From positions 1 to 39,641 of IMG/VR virus record IMGVR_UViG_3300033407_000385: a stretch of 39,641 bases of DNA; one strand, 5' to 3'. Positions 23,381 through 32,472 of the stretch are shown piece by piece. The notes under the pieces were generated by a model. The model ran no database searches. It was not told where the DNA came from and saw only the letters and a list, made by a program, of their open reading frames with translations. Made by a program: the position numbers and the translations under genes. How positions within the stretch are numbered: the stretch's first letter is position 1; each line of letters opens with the position of its first letter. The DNA is from a virus. Its lineage: Duplodnaviria; Caudoviricetes.

Positions 23381-24987
23381 GCAACGAACGACATGCCCCC
23401 GATGCACTGATCGGTAATACCGGTCACGGGTCCTGCGCGCTCTCCGATCTGACGAGCGATCCGGATTCCGGCGACGCCAACTGGTGCGTGGCCGCCGACA
23501 ACAAGATCAGCACCGAGTGCCACGTGGCATTCGCCACGCCGAGCGGCGATCCGGCAGTCGGCGCCGACTTGCAGGAATTCCGCGCCGAGTTCCGTCGCAC
23601 GTCCGGCTCGGGCAGCGGCACGCCCACGGCCCGCCTGGAGCTGTGGGAAAACGGCGCCCTGGTGCGCGCGGGGAGCGAGGTCGATATCACCAGCGACACC
23701 TCGCAAGTGGTGAGCTTCCCGTGGAATGCGAACGAGATCAGCAACGCTGACGGCTCGCTGGTCGAGTGCAAAACCGTCACCACGGCCATCGGCGGACAGC
23801 CCGCGCAACGCTCCGCGATTGACACCGGCGGCATCGAGTGGAACGCCGAAATCCCGGACCAGGTCGCCAAGTTCGTGACAGACGCCGGCACCGGCGCTGA
23901 CGCCGTGGCGGGACTCGGCGTCACGCTCTCCGTATCGGATGCCGGTGCGGGCGCCGATGCGCTGGTGCCGGCGGCAAGCCTGACGCTGACGGAATCGGGC
24001 GCCGGCGCCGACAGCGTCGCCGGCGTGAACGTGACGCTCGGGATCGCGGACGCAGGCACCGGTAACGATGCCCTGGCACCCGCCGCGAGTCTCTCGCTCA
24101 GCGAATCGGCATCGGGCGCGGACGTGCTGTCGCTCGCCGCGCTGCTCGCGCTCGCAGACAGCGCGAACGGCGCAGATGCGATCGACGTGGGCGCGGCGCT
24201 CACACTCCTGGACACGGGCGCCGGCGCCGACGTGCTCGGCGGGTTGAGCGCCCTGGTGCCGGTGTCCGACGCCGGCACAGGCAGCGACGGGATTGCCGGC
24301 ATCACGGTGACGCTCTCCGTGTCGGATACAGGCGCCGGCGCGGATGACGTCGATGTCACCCAGCTCCTGTTCAAGGCGGTGAGCGATCTCGCCGCCGGCG
24401 ACGACGCCATCGGAGCGGTACGTGTCCATGTGCCGGTCACTGACATCGGCACGGGCGCGGACAGTCCCGGCATTGCCGCCCGGGTGCCGGTCGCGGACGC
24501 CGGCACGGGCGCGGACAGTCCCGGCATTGCCGCCCGGGTGCCGGCCTCGGACAGCGGCTCGGGCGCGGACGACGTCTCCATCGGTGCCGCCGTCGGCATC
24601 GGTGACGCCGGCGCCGGTGCCGACAGTCAGAGCATCCAGGTGCAAATCGGCGTCGGCGACAGCGGAACCGGCAGCGACGCCGTGCTGCTGCGCGTGCTGC
24701 TGCAGGTCGCAGACGCCATGCAGGGCGGCGACAGCGTCGCCTGCGCCGTCAGCGCCTCGGTCTCGGATTCGGCGAGCGGCGCTGACGCGGTTGCCGGCAT
24801 CGCCGCGCTGCTGCGCGTGCTGGACCAGGTCAACGCCAGCGACGTCGTGACGATCTTCGACCCGGGCAAGCGCATCGTGACGATGACGTTCACGCTCGCC
24901 AACCGCAGCGTCGTGTTCGCCCCGCTGCTCGCGCGCTCGATCGATTTTCAATTCTCCGCGCGGTCGATGGAGTTCGCGCTTAACTAG
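23377..24987 (+). CDS. Repetitive Asp/Gly-rich structural protein (head/neck fibre candidate)
   Basis: About 20 tandem ~18-aa units of type xSVSDAGxGAD after a globular N-terminal domain. Confidence 0.75.
   Translation: MSNERHAPDALIGNTGHGSCALSDLTSDPDSGDANWCVAADNKISTECHVAFATPSGDPAVGADLQEFRAEFRRTSGSGSGTPTARLELWENGALVRAGSEVDITSDTSQVVSFPWNANEISNADGSLVECKTVTTAIGGQPAQRSAIDTGGIEWNAEIPDQVAKFVTDAGTGADAVAGLGVTLSVSDAGAGADALVPAASLTLTESGAGADSVAGVNVTLGIADAGTGNDALAPAASLSLSESASGADVLSLAALLALADSANGADAIDVGAALTLLDTGAGADVLGGLSALVPVSDAGTGSDGIAGITVTLSVSDTGAGADDVDVTQLLFKAVSDLAAGDDAIGAVRVHVPVTDIGTGADSPGIAARVPVADAGTGADSPGIAARVPASDSGSGADDVSIGAAVGIGDAGAGADSQSIQVQIGVGDSGTGSDAVLLRVLLQVADAMQGGDSVACAVSASVSDSASGADAVAGIAALLRVLDQVNASDVVTIFDPGKRIVTMTFTLANRSVVFAPLLARSIDFQFSARSMEFALN
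24447..24544 (+). repeat. Exact 44-bp direct repeat, 54-bp period
   Basis: CGGCACGGGCGCGGACAGTCCCGGCATTGCCGCCCGGGTGCCGG at 24447-24490 and 24501-24544. Confidence 0.9.
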
Positions 24988-24996
24988 GAGACAGAG

Positions 24997-25485
24997 ATGC
25001 ATATCAGTGAGGCCATCACCATCCGCCGGACCTGGACCCTCCGCAAGTACCAGGACGATCTCGCCTACGCGCGGCGCGACGCGTACGCGGTATCGCGATT
25101 TGACGGCAACATCCTGCTGGAGGAGGGCATCACGGAGGCGCTTAACCTCATAGGCGGCATTGCGGCGACCGCCTTCGACAACGCGAACGCCAGCATCGGC
25201 GTGGGCGACGACGCCACCGCGGAGGACGCCGGGCAGACGGGTCTTCAGGCAGGGGCAAACAAGCTCTACAAGGGCATGGAGGCGGGCTACCCGCAGGTCA
25301 CAGATCAGACCATCACCTGGCAGGCGGTGTTCGGCTCGAGCGAGGCGAATTTCGCGTGGAACGAATTCACGGTGGCAAACGGCGGATCCGACGCCGCCGA
25401 CAACCTGAACCGGAAGGTCTCCGCGCAGGGGACCAAGACCAGCGGACAAACGTGGACCATCGACTTTGACATCACGCTCAGCTAA
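24997..25485 (+). CDS. Structural protein, collar/fibre-anchor-like
   Basis: AGGAG RBS; IGVGD..TA...QTGL, EANFAWNEF, NRKV...GTKTSGQTW. Confidence 0.65.
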   Translation: MHISEAITIRRTWTLRKYQDDLAYARRDAYAVSRFDGNILLEEGITEALNLIGGIAATAFDNANASIGVGDDATAEDAGQTGLQAGANKLYKGMEAGYPQVTDQTITWQAVFGSSEANFAWNEFTVANGGSDAADNLNRKVSAQGTKTSGQTWTIDFDITLS

Positions 25486-25496
25486 CAGGCGCGGCG

Positions 25497-25808
25497 ATGA
25501 ACGAAGTCCCGCAGCGCACGACGGCGTATCTGTCGGTCACGTTCCGGGACAAGAACGGCGACGCGCAGGCGCCGGCGTCCGTGCAATACCGGATCGATTG
25601 CCTCACCACCGGCACCGCCGTGAAGGCGCTGACCGGGCTGACGCCGGGCGCGACGATCGAGATTGTGCTGAGTGCGGATGACAACGACATCATCACCGAG
25701 AGCAACACGCGCGAGGCGCGCCGCGTCACCGTCATCGCCGTGCACGGCGCGGGCGACGAGGTGACCGGGGCATTCGACTACGCGGTGAAAAACCTGACGG
25801 GCGTTTGA
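25497..25808 (+). CDS. Hypothetical beta-rich (Ig/BppU-like) protein
   Basis: Alternating beta-strand pattern; operon packing. Confidence 0.6.
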   Translation: MNEVPQRTTAYLSVTFRDKNGDAQAPASVQYRIDCLTTGTAVKALTGLTPGATIEIVLSADDNDIITESNTREARRVTVIAVHGAGDEVTGAFDYAVKNLTGV

Positions 25809-26234
25809 ATGGACTACATCACGAGACAGGCACTCATCGACAGATTCGGCGAGACCGAATTGATCGAGCTGACTGATCGCAGCGGCTCCGGCGCGATCGA
25901 CGACGCCGTGCTCGACCGCGCGGTCAACGACGCAACCGCCGAAATCAACAGCTACCTCGAGGCCAGATACACGCTGCCGTTATCCGCGGTCCCGCAGGTC
26001 ATCAAGACCCTGGCCGCGAATATCGCCCGCTATTACCTGTTCGATGACCGGGCCACGGAAGTCGTGGAGGCTCGCTACACCAACGCCGTCAAGTTCCTGC
26101 GCGCGCTGGGCAAGGGCGAGGTGAGTCTGGGGCTGGACGATGCAGGCGACGCAACGTCCCCCGCCGGCGGGCCGGATTTCGAGGCGCCGGACGCCGTGTT
26201 CAGCGGCGACGCGAAGACGCTCGATGACTTCTGA
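25809..26234 (+). CDS. Head-tail adaptor (Mu gp36/DUF1320)
   Basis: YIT..LIDRFGETELIELTDR, EINSYLEARYTLPL, IARYYL. Confidence 0.9.
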   Translation: MDYITRQALIDRFGETELIELTDRSGSGAIDDAVLDRAVNDATAEINSYLEARYTLPLSAVPQVIKTLAANIARYYLFDDRATEVVEARYTNAVKFLRALGKGEVSLGLDDAGDATSPAGGPDFEAPDAVFSGDAKTLDDF

Positions 26235-26245
26235 GGCGCGGCATC

Positions 26246-26671
26246 GTGGCGACACTCCGGCAGCTCATCGAGGCGCGCATCAAGTCGGAGGTCGACGGGC
26301 TGCGGGCTGTCGCCGGCGCGGCCGATATGCAAAGCGTGCTCCAGGGCCGCGTGTCGCCGCCGGCCGCTTACGTGTTCCGCCTGCGGAACGCTGCCGGGCC
26401 GAACACGCTCGCCAATGCCGTCGACCAGCGCGTGAACGAACAGTACGCCGTGGTGGTGGTGACGCGGAACGTGGGCGACTCCCGGGGCGGCGACAGCTCG
26501 GATGCCAACGAGGCGATTTGCGACGACATCGGCGATGCGCTGCTCGGCTGGGAGCCGGCGGCGGATGCCGAGCCGATGGAGTACGGCGGGGGCAGGCTGG
26601 TGAGCCTGCAGGACCAGTTTTTGTTCTGGCAGGAAACCTACACCACGGCGCGCTACCGGCGGGCGGTGTGA
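26246..26671 (+). CDS. Tail terminator/completion protein (gp37-like)
   Basis: PAAYV, ALLGWEP, GGRLV; position after gp36. Confidence 0.75.
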   Translation: MATLRQLIEARIKSEVDGLRAVAGAADMQSVLQGRVSPPAAYVFRLRNAAGPNTLANAVDQRVNEQYAVVVVTRNVGDSRGGDSSDANEAICDDIGDALLGWEPAADAEPMEYGGGRLVSLQDQFLFWQETYTTARYRRAV

Positions 26672-26684
26672 GGGAGGCGAGACC

Positions 26685-26948
26685 ATGAGACGAGGCGGGA
26701 GCTATATCGCAGAGCGGGGCAAGAAACCGCAACGCGTCGAGGGCACCGAGCCGCACCCGGAAGGGCCTCGCGCGCGCGATGCGGAGGGCAATCCGCTCGA
26801 CGACCAGGGGAGGCCCGTGGCGCCGCGCAAGCAGCCTGAGCGCCCGCGCGACGAGACGAGCGAGGCCGCCGGCGCGCCGCGCAAGTCCACAGAGACGGAG
26901 ACCGACGGCAAGCAACCCGGCACGCTCAAAGAGGGGAGGCGTAACTGA
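26685..26948 (+). CDS. Hypothetical protein
   Basis: GGAGG RBS; MRRGGSY start; precedes the tail tube. Confidence 0.6.
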   Translation: MRRGGSYIAERGKKPQRVEGTEPHPEGPRARDAEGNPLDDQGRPVAPRKQPERPRDETSEAAGAPRKSTETETDGKQPGTLKEGRRN

Positions 26949-27886
26949 TGTTGTTCTGGCGCAAAAAATTGCTGCTCTCGAAGATCGAGTCGAGCTATGG
27001 CGTGGACTCGTCGCCGGCGGCGGCGACAGACGCGGTCCTCATCCAGGCGAGCGACGTCACGCTGACGCCGCTCGAGGCCGAGGAGCTGCCGCGCGACGTC
27101 GTGCGCGCCGGCGGCGAGAAGGGCGCGTTCCTGCGCCAGCTCGTCGGCAAGCACGTCGTGCTCGAATTCTCGGTCGAGATGGCGGGCTCGGGCACGGTCG
27201 ATACGCCGCCCGCATACGGCACGCTGCTGCGTGCCTGCGGGCTCGCCGAGACCATCAACGCCACGACCTCGGTGCAGTACGACCCCGTCAGCGAGTCCGA
27301 GGAGAGCGTCTCTGTGTACATGCACATCGACGGCGTGCTGCACAAGCTGCTCGGCGCGCGCGGCAACGTGTCGCTCGAGTTCGCGGTCCGGCAGAAGCCC
27401 CGGTATCAATTCCGGCTCATGGGCCTGTTCGCCGCCGTCACGGACGTGGCTTTCCCGTCGCCGACCTACGCGAACCAGCAGCAGCCGCTGCCGGTGTCGA
27501 ATGAGAACACGCCGACCGCGACCCTGCACGGCACGTCGATCCTGTTCTCGAACCTCAACGCCGATCTGGGGAACGCGGTCGTGCACGACGAGCTGGTCGG
27601 CTCCGAGGAGATGATCATCGAGGACCGCGAGGCGTCCGGAGAGGTGACCATCGAGGCGGTCACCGTGGCGACCAAGGACTGGTTCGGCGCGGTGACGGCC
27701 GAGACGCTGGACGCGCTGCAGGTCGTCCACGGCACGGTCGCCGGCAACATCGTGCAGATCGACGCGCCGAAGGTGCAGCTCCTCAGCCCTCGCTACGACA
27801 ACCGGGCCGGCAAGGCGATGCTGACGATGGGACTCAATCTCACGCCTGACTCGGGCGACGACGAGCTCCGTATCACCACCCAGTAG
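26948..27886 (+). CDS. Major tail tube protein (siphovirus type)
   Basis: KIESSYGVD, EMAGSGT..TPPAYGTLLRACG, HGTVAGNIV, GDDELRI; no sheath gene nearby. Confidence 0.88.
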   Translation: MLFWRKKLLLSKIESSYGVDSSPAAATDAVLIQASDVTLTPLEAEELPRDVVRAGGEKGAFLRQLVGKHVVLEFSVEMAGSGTVDTPPAYGTLLRACGLAETINATTSVQYDPVSESEESVSVYMHIDGVLHKLLGARGNVSLEFAVRQKPRYQFRLMGLFAAVTDVAFPSPTYANQQQPLPVSNENTPTATLHGTSILFSNLNADLGNAVVHDELVGSEEMIIEDREASGEVTIEAVTVATKDWFGAVTAETLDALQVVHGTVAGNIVQIDAPKVQLLSPRYDNRAGKAMLTMGLNLTPDSGDDELRITTQ

Positions 27887-27899
27887 GAGGCGAGGCAGC

Positions 27900-28226
27900 A
27901 TGTTCCGTATCCAGAGCGCATCGGAGCCGGTCGAGTGGCCGGTGACGGTGAAGATCCCGCAGCACGGCGGCAAAACGGTTAAGGCCACGTTTAATGCCCG
28001 TTTTCGGGTGCTCGACGAAGACGAGCAATCGGAGTCGTCGGCACAGGGCGACCCCGCGTTCATTGCGCGGGTCCTGGTCGGGTGGCAGGGCGTGGAGGAC
28101 GCAGACGGGAACGAGCTCGCGTTCTCCGACGAGGCGCGGGACAAGCTGGCGCAGATCCCGTACGTCAAGACCGCGATCATCAGCGCGTATTTCTCCTGCG
28201 CCAACGGGGTCGCCGCAAAAAACTGA
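27900..28226 (+). CDS. Tail assembly chaperone (lambda G analogue)
   Basis: WPVTVKIP..GG, LVGWQGVEDADGNELAFS; ends at a slippery site. Confidence 0.85.
   Translation: MFRIQSASEPVEWPVTVKIPQHGGKTVKATFNARFRVLDEDEQSESSAQGDPAFIARVLVGWQGVEDADGNELAFSDEARDKLAQIPYVKTAIISAYFSCANGVAAKN
28217..28223 (+). other. Programmed -1 frameshift heptamer A AAA AAC
   Basis: GCA AAA AAC TGA; the -1 frame stays open to 28555. Confidence 0.85.
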
Positions 28227-28555
28227 CAGCAGCGGCGCGTTACTGGATCAGTCAACCGAGCGCCGCCGGTGAAGACGAACTCGAAACAGACGCCGCGTTC
28301 TTCGGCGTCGATATACCAGACACCGGTCGCGACGATGAGCCCTTCGCGGTCCTCGCAATCAACTGGCCGACCGTCGAGGCATTTCTCACGGTGCAGAGCC
28401 AGATGACGAGGACGGGATTTGGTTACGCGGGCGTCGAAGCGGGGTTGCGCATGGCCGGCCTGACGTCAACGCCTGAAATCTTCAGCGGCCTGCAGATCAT
28501 GGAGGGCGCCGTGCTCGATTGGGTGGCCAGCACAAGGGACCGAGGCAATGGCTGA
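28223..28555 (+). CDS. Frameshift extension of the tail chaperone (GT analogue, DUF1799-like)
   Basis: -1 frame; NWPTVEAFL, GYAGV, FSGLQIMEGAVL; overlaps the tape measure start. Confidence 0.78.
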   Translation: MTAAARYWISQPSAAGEDELETDAAFFGVDIPDTGRDDEPFAVLAINWPTVEAFLTVQSQMTRTGFGYAGVEAGLRMAGLTSTPEIFSGLQIMEGAVLDWVASTRDRGNG

Positions 28556-30788
28556 AGACCTGGAACTCAGCGTACGCCTGAAGGCCGACGGCTCCGGCCT
28601 GGTCGGCGAGGTGCGCGTCTCGAAGGAGGCGCTTGAAAAACTCGGCAAATCCGGTGCCGCGGCGGAGCGCGGCATGGGGAGGCTCGGCCGCGGCGCCGAC
28701 TTCGCACAGCGCCAGCTCGGACAGCTCCGCAACCACGCCAACCGCGTCGGCCGCGCGCTCACGTCGCTGCGCGGTATCGCCGCCGGCCTCGGCATCGGGT
28801 TCCTGGCGAAATCCTTCATCAACGCCGCGTCCACTGCCGAGCAATTCCGGGTGCGCCTCAACGTCCTGCTGCAAAGCGTATCGGAAGGCAATCGCCTGTT
28901 CGCCGAGATGGCGCAGTTCGCGGCGACCGCGCCGTTCGAGAAACAGCACATCATGGCTGCGGCGACACAGCTCGCGGGCGTCATGCGCGGCGGCGTCGAC
29001 GAGATCGTGCAATGGATCCCGTTGATCGCCGATCTTGCGGCGGCGGCGGGACTCGGCATACAGGAGACCACCGACCAAGTAGCAAGAATGCTCTCGTCCG
29101 GAGCGTTGTCGGCCGATCTCTTCCAGCAGCGCGGGACCCTGGCGATGATGGGATTCACGGCCGGCGTGTCCGTATCCGCCGAGGAGACGAAGCGCCGCCT
29201 GATGGAGGCATGGCAGTCGACGACCTCGCAGTTTCGCGGCGCGACCGGCCAGCTCGCGAAAACCTGGAACGGGTCCATGTCGATGCTGGCCGACAAGTGG
29301 GAGGAGTTCCGCCTTCAGATCATGGACGCCGGCCTGTTCGATTTCCTGAAAGCTGTCGTCAGCACGTTCGATGAGGACCTGGGCGCAGCGCTGCAGGGCA
29401 ATCAGGACATGGCCAAGCGCTGGTCGGATGCGACCATCAACGGCATCGAGAACGTGGTCAAGGCGATCGGCGTCATGGCCGACGGCTGGCGCGGCATCGA
29501 GGCAATCTGGAAACTGCTGGAGATCTCGTTCACGGCCTGGAAGCTGACGATACTCGAGGGGCTCGGCAGCATCACGGCCAAGGCTGCCGAGTTCCAGGCG
29601 ATGTTCGAGGACAAGGTGCCGGCGGCGCTGCGCAAGGTGCTCGAGGTCACGCCGCAGTTCGGCCCGCTGCTGGCCGCGATGCGTGGACTGTCGAATCTGG
29701 ACAGCTCCGCGATCCAGCTCTGGGGACAGGACACTCGCGCCGAGCTCGACGGACTGAAGCGCGAGCTGGAGGATCTCCTGACCCGGCAGCTCCCGAGCGA
29801 GCAGCTCGCGGCGAAGCTCGAGCAGGTGCGGGAAAAGTACGCGGAGCTGCGCGAGGCGGCCGCGCGCGCAGCGACAGCGACGGACAAGTTTACCGGCAGC
29901 ACGAAAGCGTCGACGGCGGCCAACGAGAAGGAAACCGAGGCGCTGCAAAAGCGGCTCGACGCGCTGGCCGACTCATTGCAGTCCGAGATCGAGGCCGAGC
30001 GGCGACGGCACAAAGAATCGATCGCATTGCTGGACCAGGCGGAGGCGGCGAAGCTCGCATCGATCTTAAGCTTCGCCGAGCTGCGAGCGCGCGCGACCCG
30101 GGAACACGCTCGCCGTCTCGGTGAAATCGACAGCGCTCGTGTCCAGAAGCAGATCGATCTGGAAGACGCGCGCATCGCCAGGTTCGAGGCCGGCATCAAG
30201 GACTCGACAGACACGGCGGGGGAAGCGGCGCGCGAGCTGGGACTGACATTCGAGTCCGCATTCGAGAACGCCGTCGTCAGGGGCGAAGGATTGCGCTCCG
30301 TCCTGCACGGCATCGCCCAGGACATTCAGCGCATCATCCTGCGCAAGACCGTCACCGAGCCGCTGGGCGGGTTCTTGAGGGGCGCGATCGCCGGGTTGTT
30401 TTCGGGCGACGAGCTTGGATTCGACGCCATCGGTACCGACGTCGGCTTCCAAATGCACCGCGGCGGCATCGCCGGAGAGGCAACGACCAGGCGCACGGTG
30501 CACCCCGCCGTCTTCGCCGGCGCGCCGCGGATGCACCGCGGCGGCCTCGCCGGCGACGAGGTGCCGGCTATTCTGAGGCGCGGCGAGGAAGTGCTGGTGC
30601 GCAGCGACCCGCGACACCGCGCCAACGCCGGCGGCGCCAGCATCACGGTGATCAACAACATCGACGCCCGCGGCGCAGACGCCGGCGTCGACGCAAAGAT
30701 CCGCGCGGCGATGAAAGAGACCAGCGACATCACCATCCAGCGCATCCGCGAGGAGAAGCGCGCCGGCGGGCCGCTGTCGAGAATGTGA
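28548..30788 (+). CDS. Tail tape measure protein
   Basis: Ala-rich helical protein; QFAATAPFE, TWNGSMSMLADKW; C-terminal MHRGGLAGDEVPAILRRGEEVL. Confidence 0.92.
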   Translation: MAEDLELSVRLKADGSGLVGEVRVSKEALEKLGKSGAAAERGMGRLGRGADFAQRQLGQLRNHANRVGRALTSLRGIAAGLGIGFLAKSFINAASTAEQFRVRLNVLLQSVSEGNRLFAEMAQFAATAPFEKQHIMAAATQLAGVMRGGVDEIVQWIPLIADLAAAAGLGIQETTDQVARMLSSGALSADLFQQRGTLAMMGFTAGVSVSAEETKRRLMEAWQSTTSQFRGATGQLAKTWNGSMSMLADKWEEFRLQIMDAGLFDFLKAVVSTFDEDLGAALQGNQDMAKRWSDATINGIENVVKAIGVMADGWRGIEAIWKLLEISFTAWKLTILEGLGSITAKAAEFQAMFEDKVPAALRKVLEVTPQFGPLLAAMRGLSNLDSSAIQLWGQDTRAELDGLKRELEDLLTRQLPSEQLAAKLEQVREKYAELREAAARAATATDKFTGSTKASTAANEKETEALQKRLDALADSLQSEIEAERRRHKESIALLDQAEAAKLASILSFAELRARATREHARRLGEIDSARVQKQIDLEDARIARFEAGIKDSTDTAGEAARELGLTFESAFENAVVRGEGLRSVLHGIAQDIQRIILRKTVTEPLGGFLRGAIAGLFSGDELGFDAIGTDVGFQMHRGGIAGEATTRRTVHPAVFAGAPRMHRGGLAGDEVPAILRRGEEVLVRSDPRHRANAGGASITVINNIDARGADAGVDAKIRAAMKETSDITIQRIREEKRAGGPLSRM

Positions 30789-30791
30789 TCG

Positions 30792-31394
30792 ATGACGGGC
30801 ACATTCCCCACCGCACCGAGGCCGGAGAGCGTGGAGTTCCACCTGGAGGTCAACGCCAAGGCGATCGTGTCGCCGTTCGACCGCTCCGCCGACGTCGCGG
30901 AGATGGCGGGTGACCAATGGGTCGCGTCGCTGTCGTTCACCCGCCTGCGGCGCGCCACGGCGGACGTGCGCGCGCTGCTCAATTTTCTCTCGGCGCGGCG
31001 CGGACCGATCAACAATTTTTTCCTGTGGGACCACTCCCGCGAGTCTCCCCAGGGCAGCGCGCTCGGCGCGCCGCTGGTCAACGGCGCATCGCAGACGGGG
31101 CTCTCGATCGTCACTGACGGCTGGACGGCGAGCGAGAACGGCCTGCTGCTGCCCGGCGATCTGATCGAGTTCGGCGGCGAGCTGAAGGAAGTCACCGCGC
31201 AGGTGGACTCGGACGCCTTCGGCGATGCCACCATTGCGTTCGTGCCGCCGATCCGGGTCTCGCCCGCGGACGACGCGGCGATCGCCACCAGCTCGCCGAA
31301 GACGCTGTTCCGCCTCGCGACCAAGGACGACGGCCGGCCGCGCCATCACGGCTCGCTCGTCGACGTGCAATTCACGGCGCTGGAGGACTTCTAA
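30792..31394 (+). CDS. Distal tail protein
   Basis: Follows the tape measure; VNGASQTG, LLPGDLI, FVPPIRVSPAD. Confidence 0.7.
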   Translation: MTGTFPTAPRPESVEFHLEVNAKAIVSPFDRSADVAEMAGDQWVASLSFTRLRRATADVRALLNFLSARRGPINNFFLWDHSRESPQGSALGAPLVNGASQTGLSIVTDGWTASENGLLLPGDLIEFGGELKEVTAQVDSDAFGDATIAFVPPIRVSPADDAAIATSSPKTLFRLATKDDGRPRHHGSLVDVQFTALEDF

Positions 31395-32059
31395 TGGGGA
31401 GGCCGCTCACCGCCGCCATGTCGGACGAGCTCGCCGAGCGGATCTACCGGCCCGTGGTGTTTGCCGAGCTCAATTTCGACGGCGGTGTCGAGCGGGTGCA
31501 CACCTGGCGCGGCAATCTCACCGTAGACGGCAATACATTCGTGGGGCTCGGCGAGATGGTCGGCGTCGGCGATATCGTCGAGGGCGGGGGCCTGAGCGCC
31601 GAGGGCCTGACGGTGAACGCCACCGGCCTCACGGACAAGTGGCTGCAGATCGCGCGCGACGAGCACATGCACGGGCGCACAGCGCGGTTGTGGTTCGGCC
31701 TGCTGGACGACGACTACGCGCTGATTCCAGATCCTGACGGGCCGTATCTCATGCGCATGGACGGCAACGAGATCACCCGCGACGACGAGACCGGCACGGT
31801 GTTTCTCAAGCTGCAGACCCTGGCGGTGCTGTGGGCGCAGGCCAACATCCGGCGCTGCACAGACGAGGATCAGCAGGCGGTGAACCCGGGCGATCGGTTT
31901 TTCGAATTCATGCCGGAGATGGCGGAACGCGAGCTTATTCTCGGTACGCCGGAGAGCGCGTCGAGCCCGGTGGCGCGGGTTGTCACTTCGTCGGGCAACA
32001 TAAACTACGACCGCATGGGCGAGTTTACCGACGATTACATCGAGGACCGCTCGCCGTGA
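31394..32059 (+). CDS. Tail-tip/hub protein
   Basis: RCTDEDQQAVNPGDRFFEF motif; position. Confidence 0.7.
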   Translation: MGRPLTAAMSDELAERIYRPVVFAELNFDGGVERVHTWRGNLTVDGNTFVGLGEMVGVGDIVEGGGLSAEGLTVNATGLTDKWLQIARDEHMHGRTARLWFGLLDDDYALIPDPDGPYLMRMDGNEITRDDETGTVFLKLQTLAVLWAQANIRRCTDEDQQAVNPGDRFFEFMPEMAERELILGTPESASSPVARVVTSSGNINYDRMGEFTDDYIEDRSP

Positions 32060-32472
32060 TCAGGCGCCGGCATGCATGGCAGTCCGCGCTCTCGCAAGAG
32101 TGCGCGCGGGCACGCGAGAGCATGTTCACCTGGGGGTCGCACGACTGCGTGACGTTCGCCGCGGACTGCGTGCTGGCGATGACGGGGTTCGATCCGCTGG
32201 GCGACTGGCGCGGGGCGTACGACAGCGAGATCGGCGCCGGGCGCCTGCTGGTTGCCCGGGGCCACGGGTCGCTCGAAGACGCCATCGCCGAGCGTCTTGG
32301 ACCGCCGTTGTCGAACGTCGCCCGAATGGGGCGCGGCGACGTCGCCCTGGTCGACCGCGCCGGCACGCGCGCCGCCGGGATCTGTCTCGGCGAAGTCGTC
32401 GCGGTGCCGGCGCAGACCGCGGGACTGGTGTACGTGAGCCGTAGCGCGGCGCTCGCCGCCTGGCGGATCTGA
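32056..32472 (+). CDS. NlpC/P60-like tail assembly protein (DUF6950-like)
   Basis: FTWGSHDCVTFAADCV.AMTGFDP, RGDVALV. Confidence 0.8.
   Translation: MIRRRHAWQSALSQECARARESMFTWGSHDCVTFAADCVLAMTGFDPLGDWRGAYDSEIGAGRLLVARGHGSLEDAIAERLGPPLSNVARMGRGDVALVDRAGTRAAGICLGEVVAVPAQTAGLVYVSRSAALAAWRI

Noticed and set aside
23870-24850. Tandem repeats as a CRISPR array or DGR template/variable repeat
   Set aside because: In-frame protein repeats; no reverse transcriptase gene and no adenine-specific mismatch pair seen
23119-25449. 776-aa minus-strand ORF
   Set aside because: Antisense shadow of GC-rich plus-strand genes; no motifs
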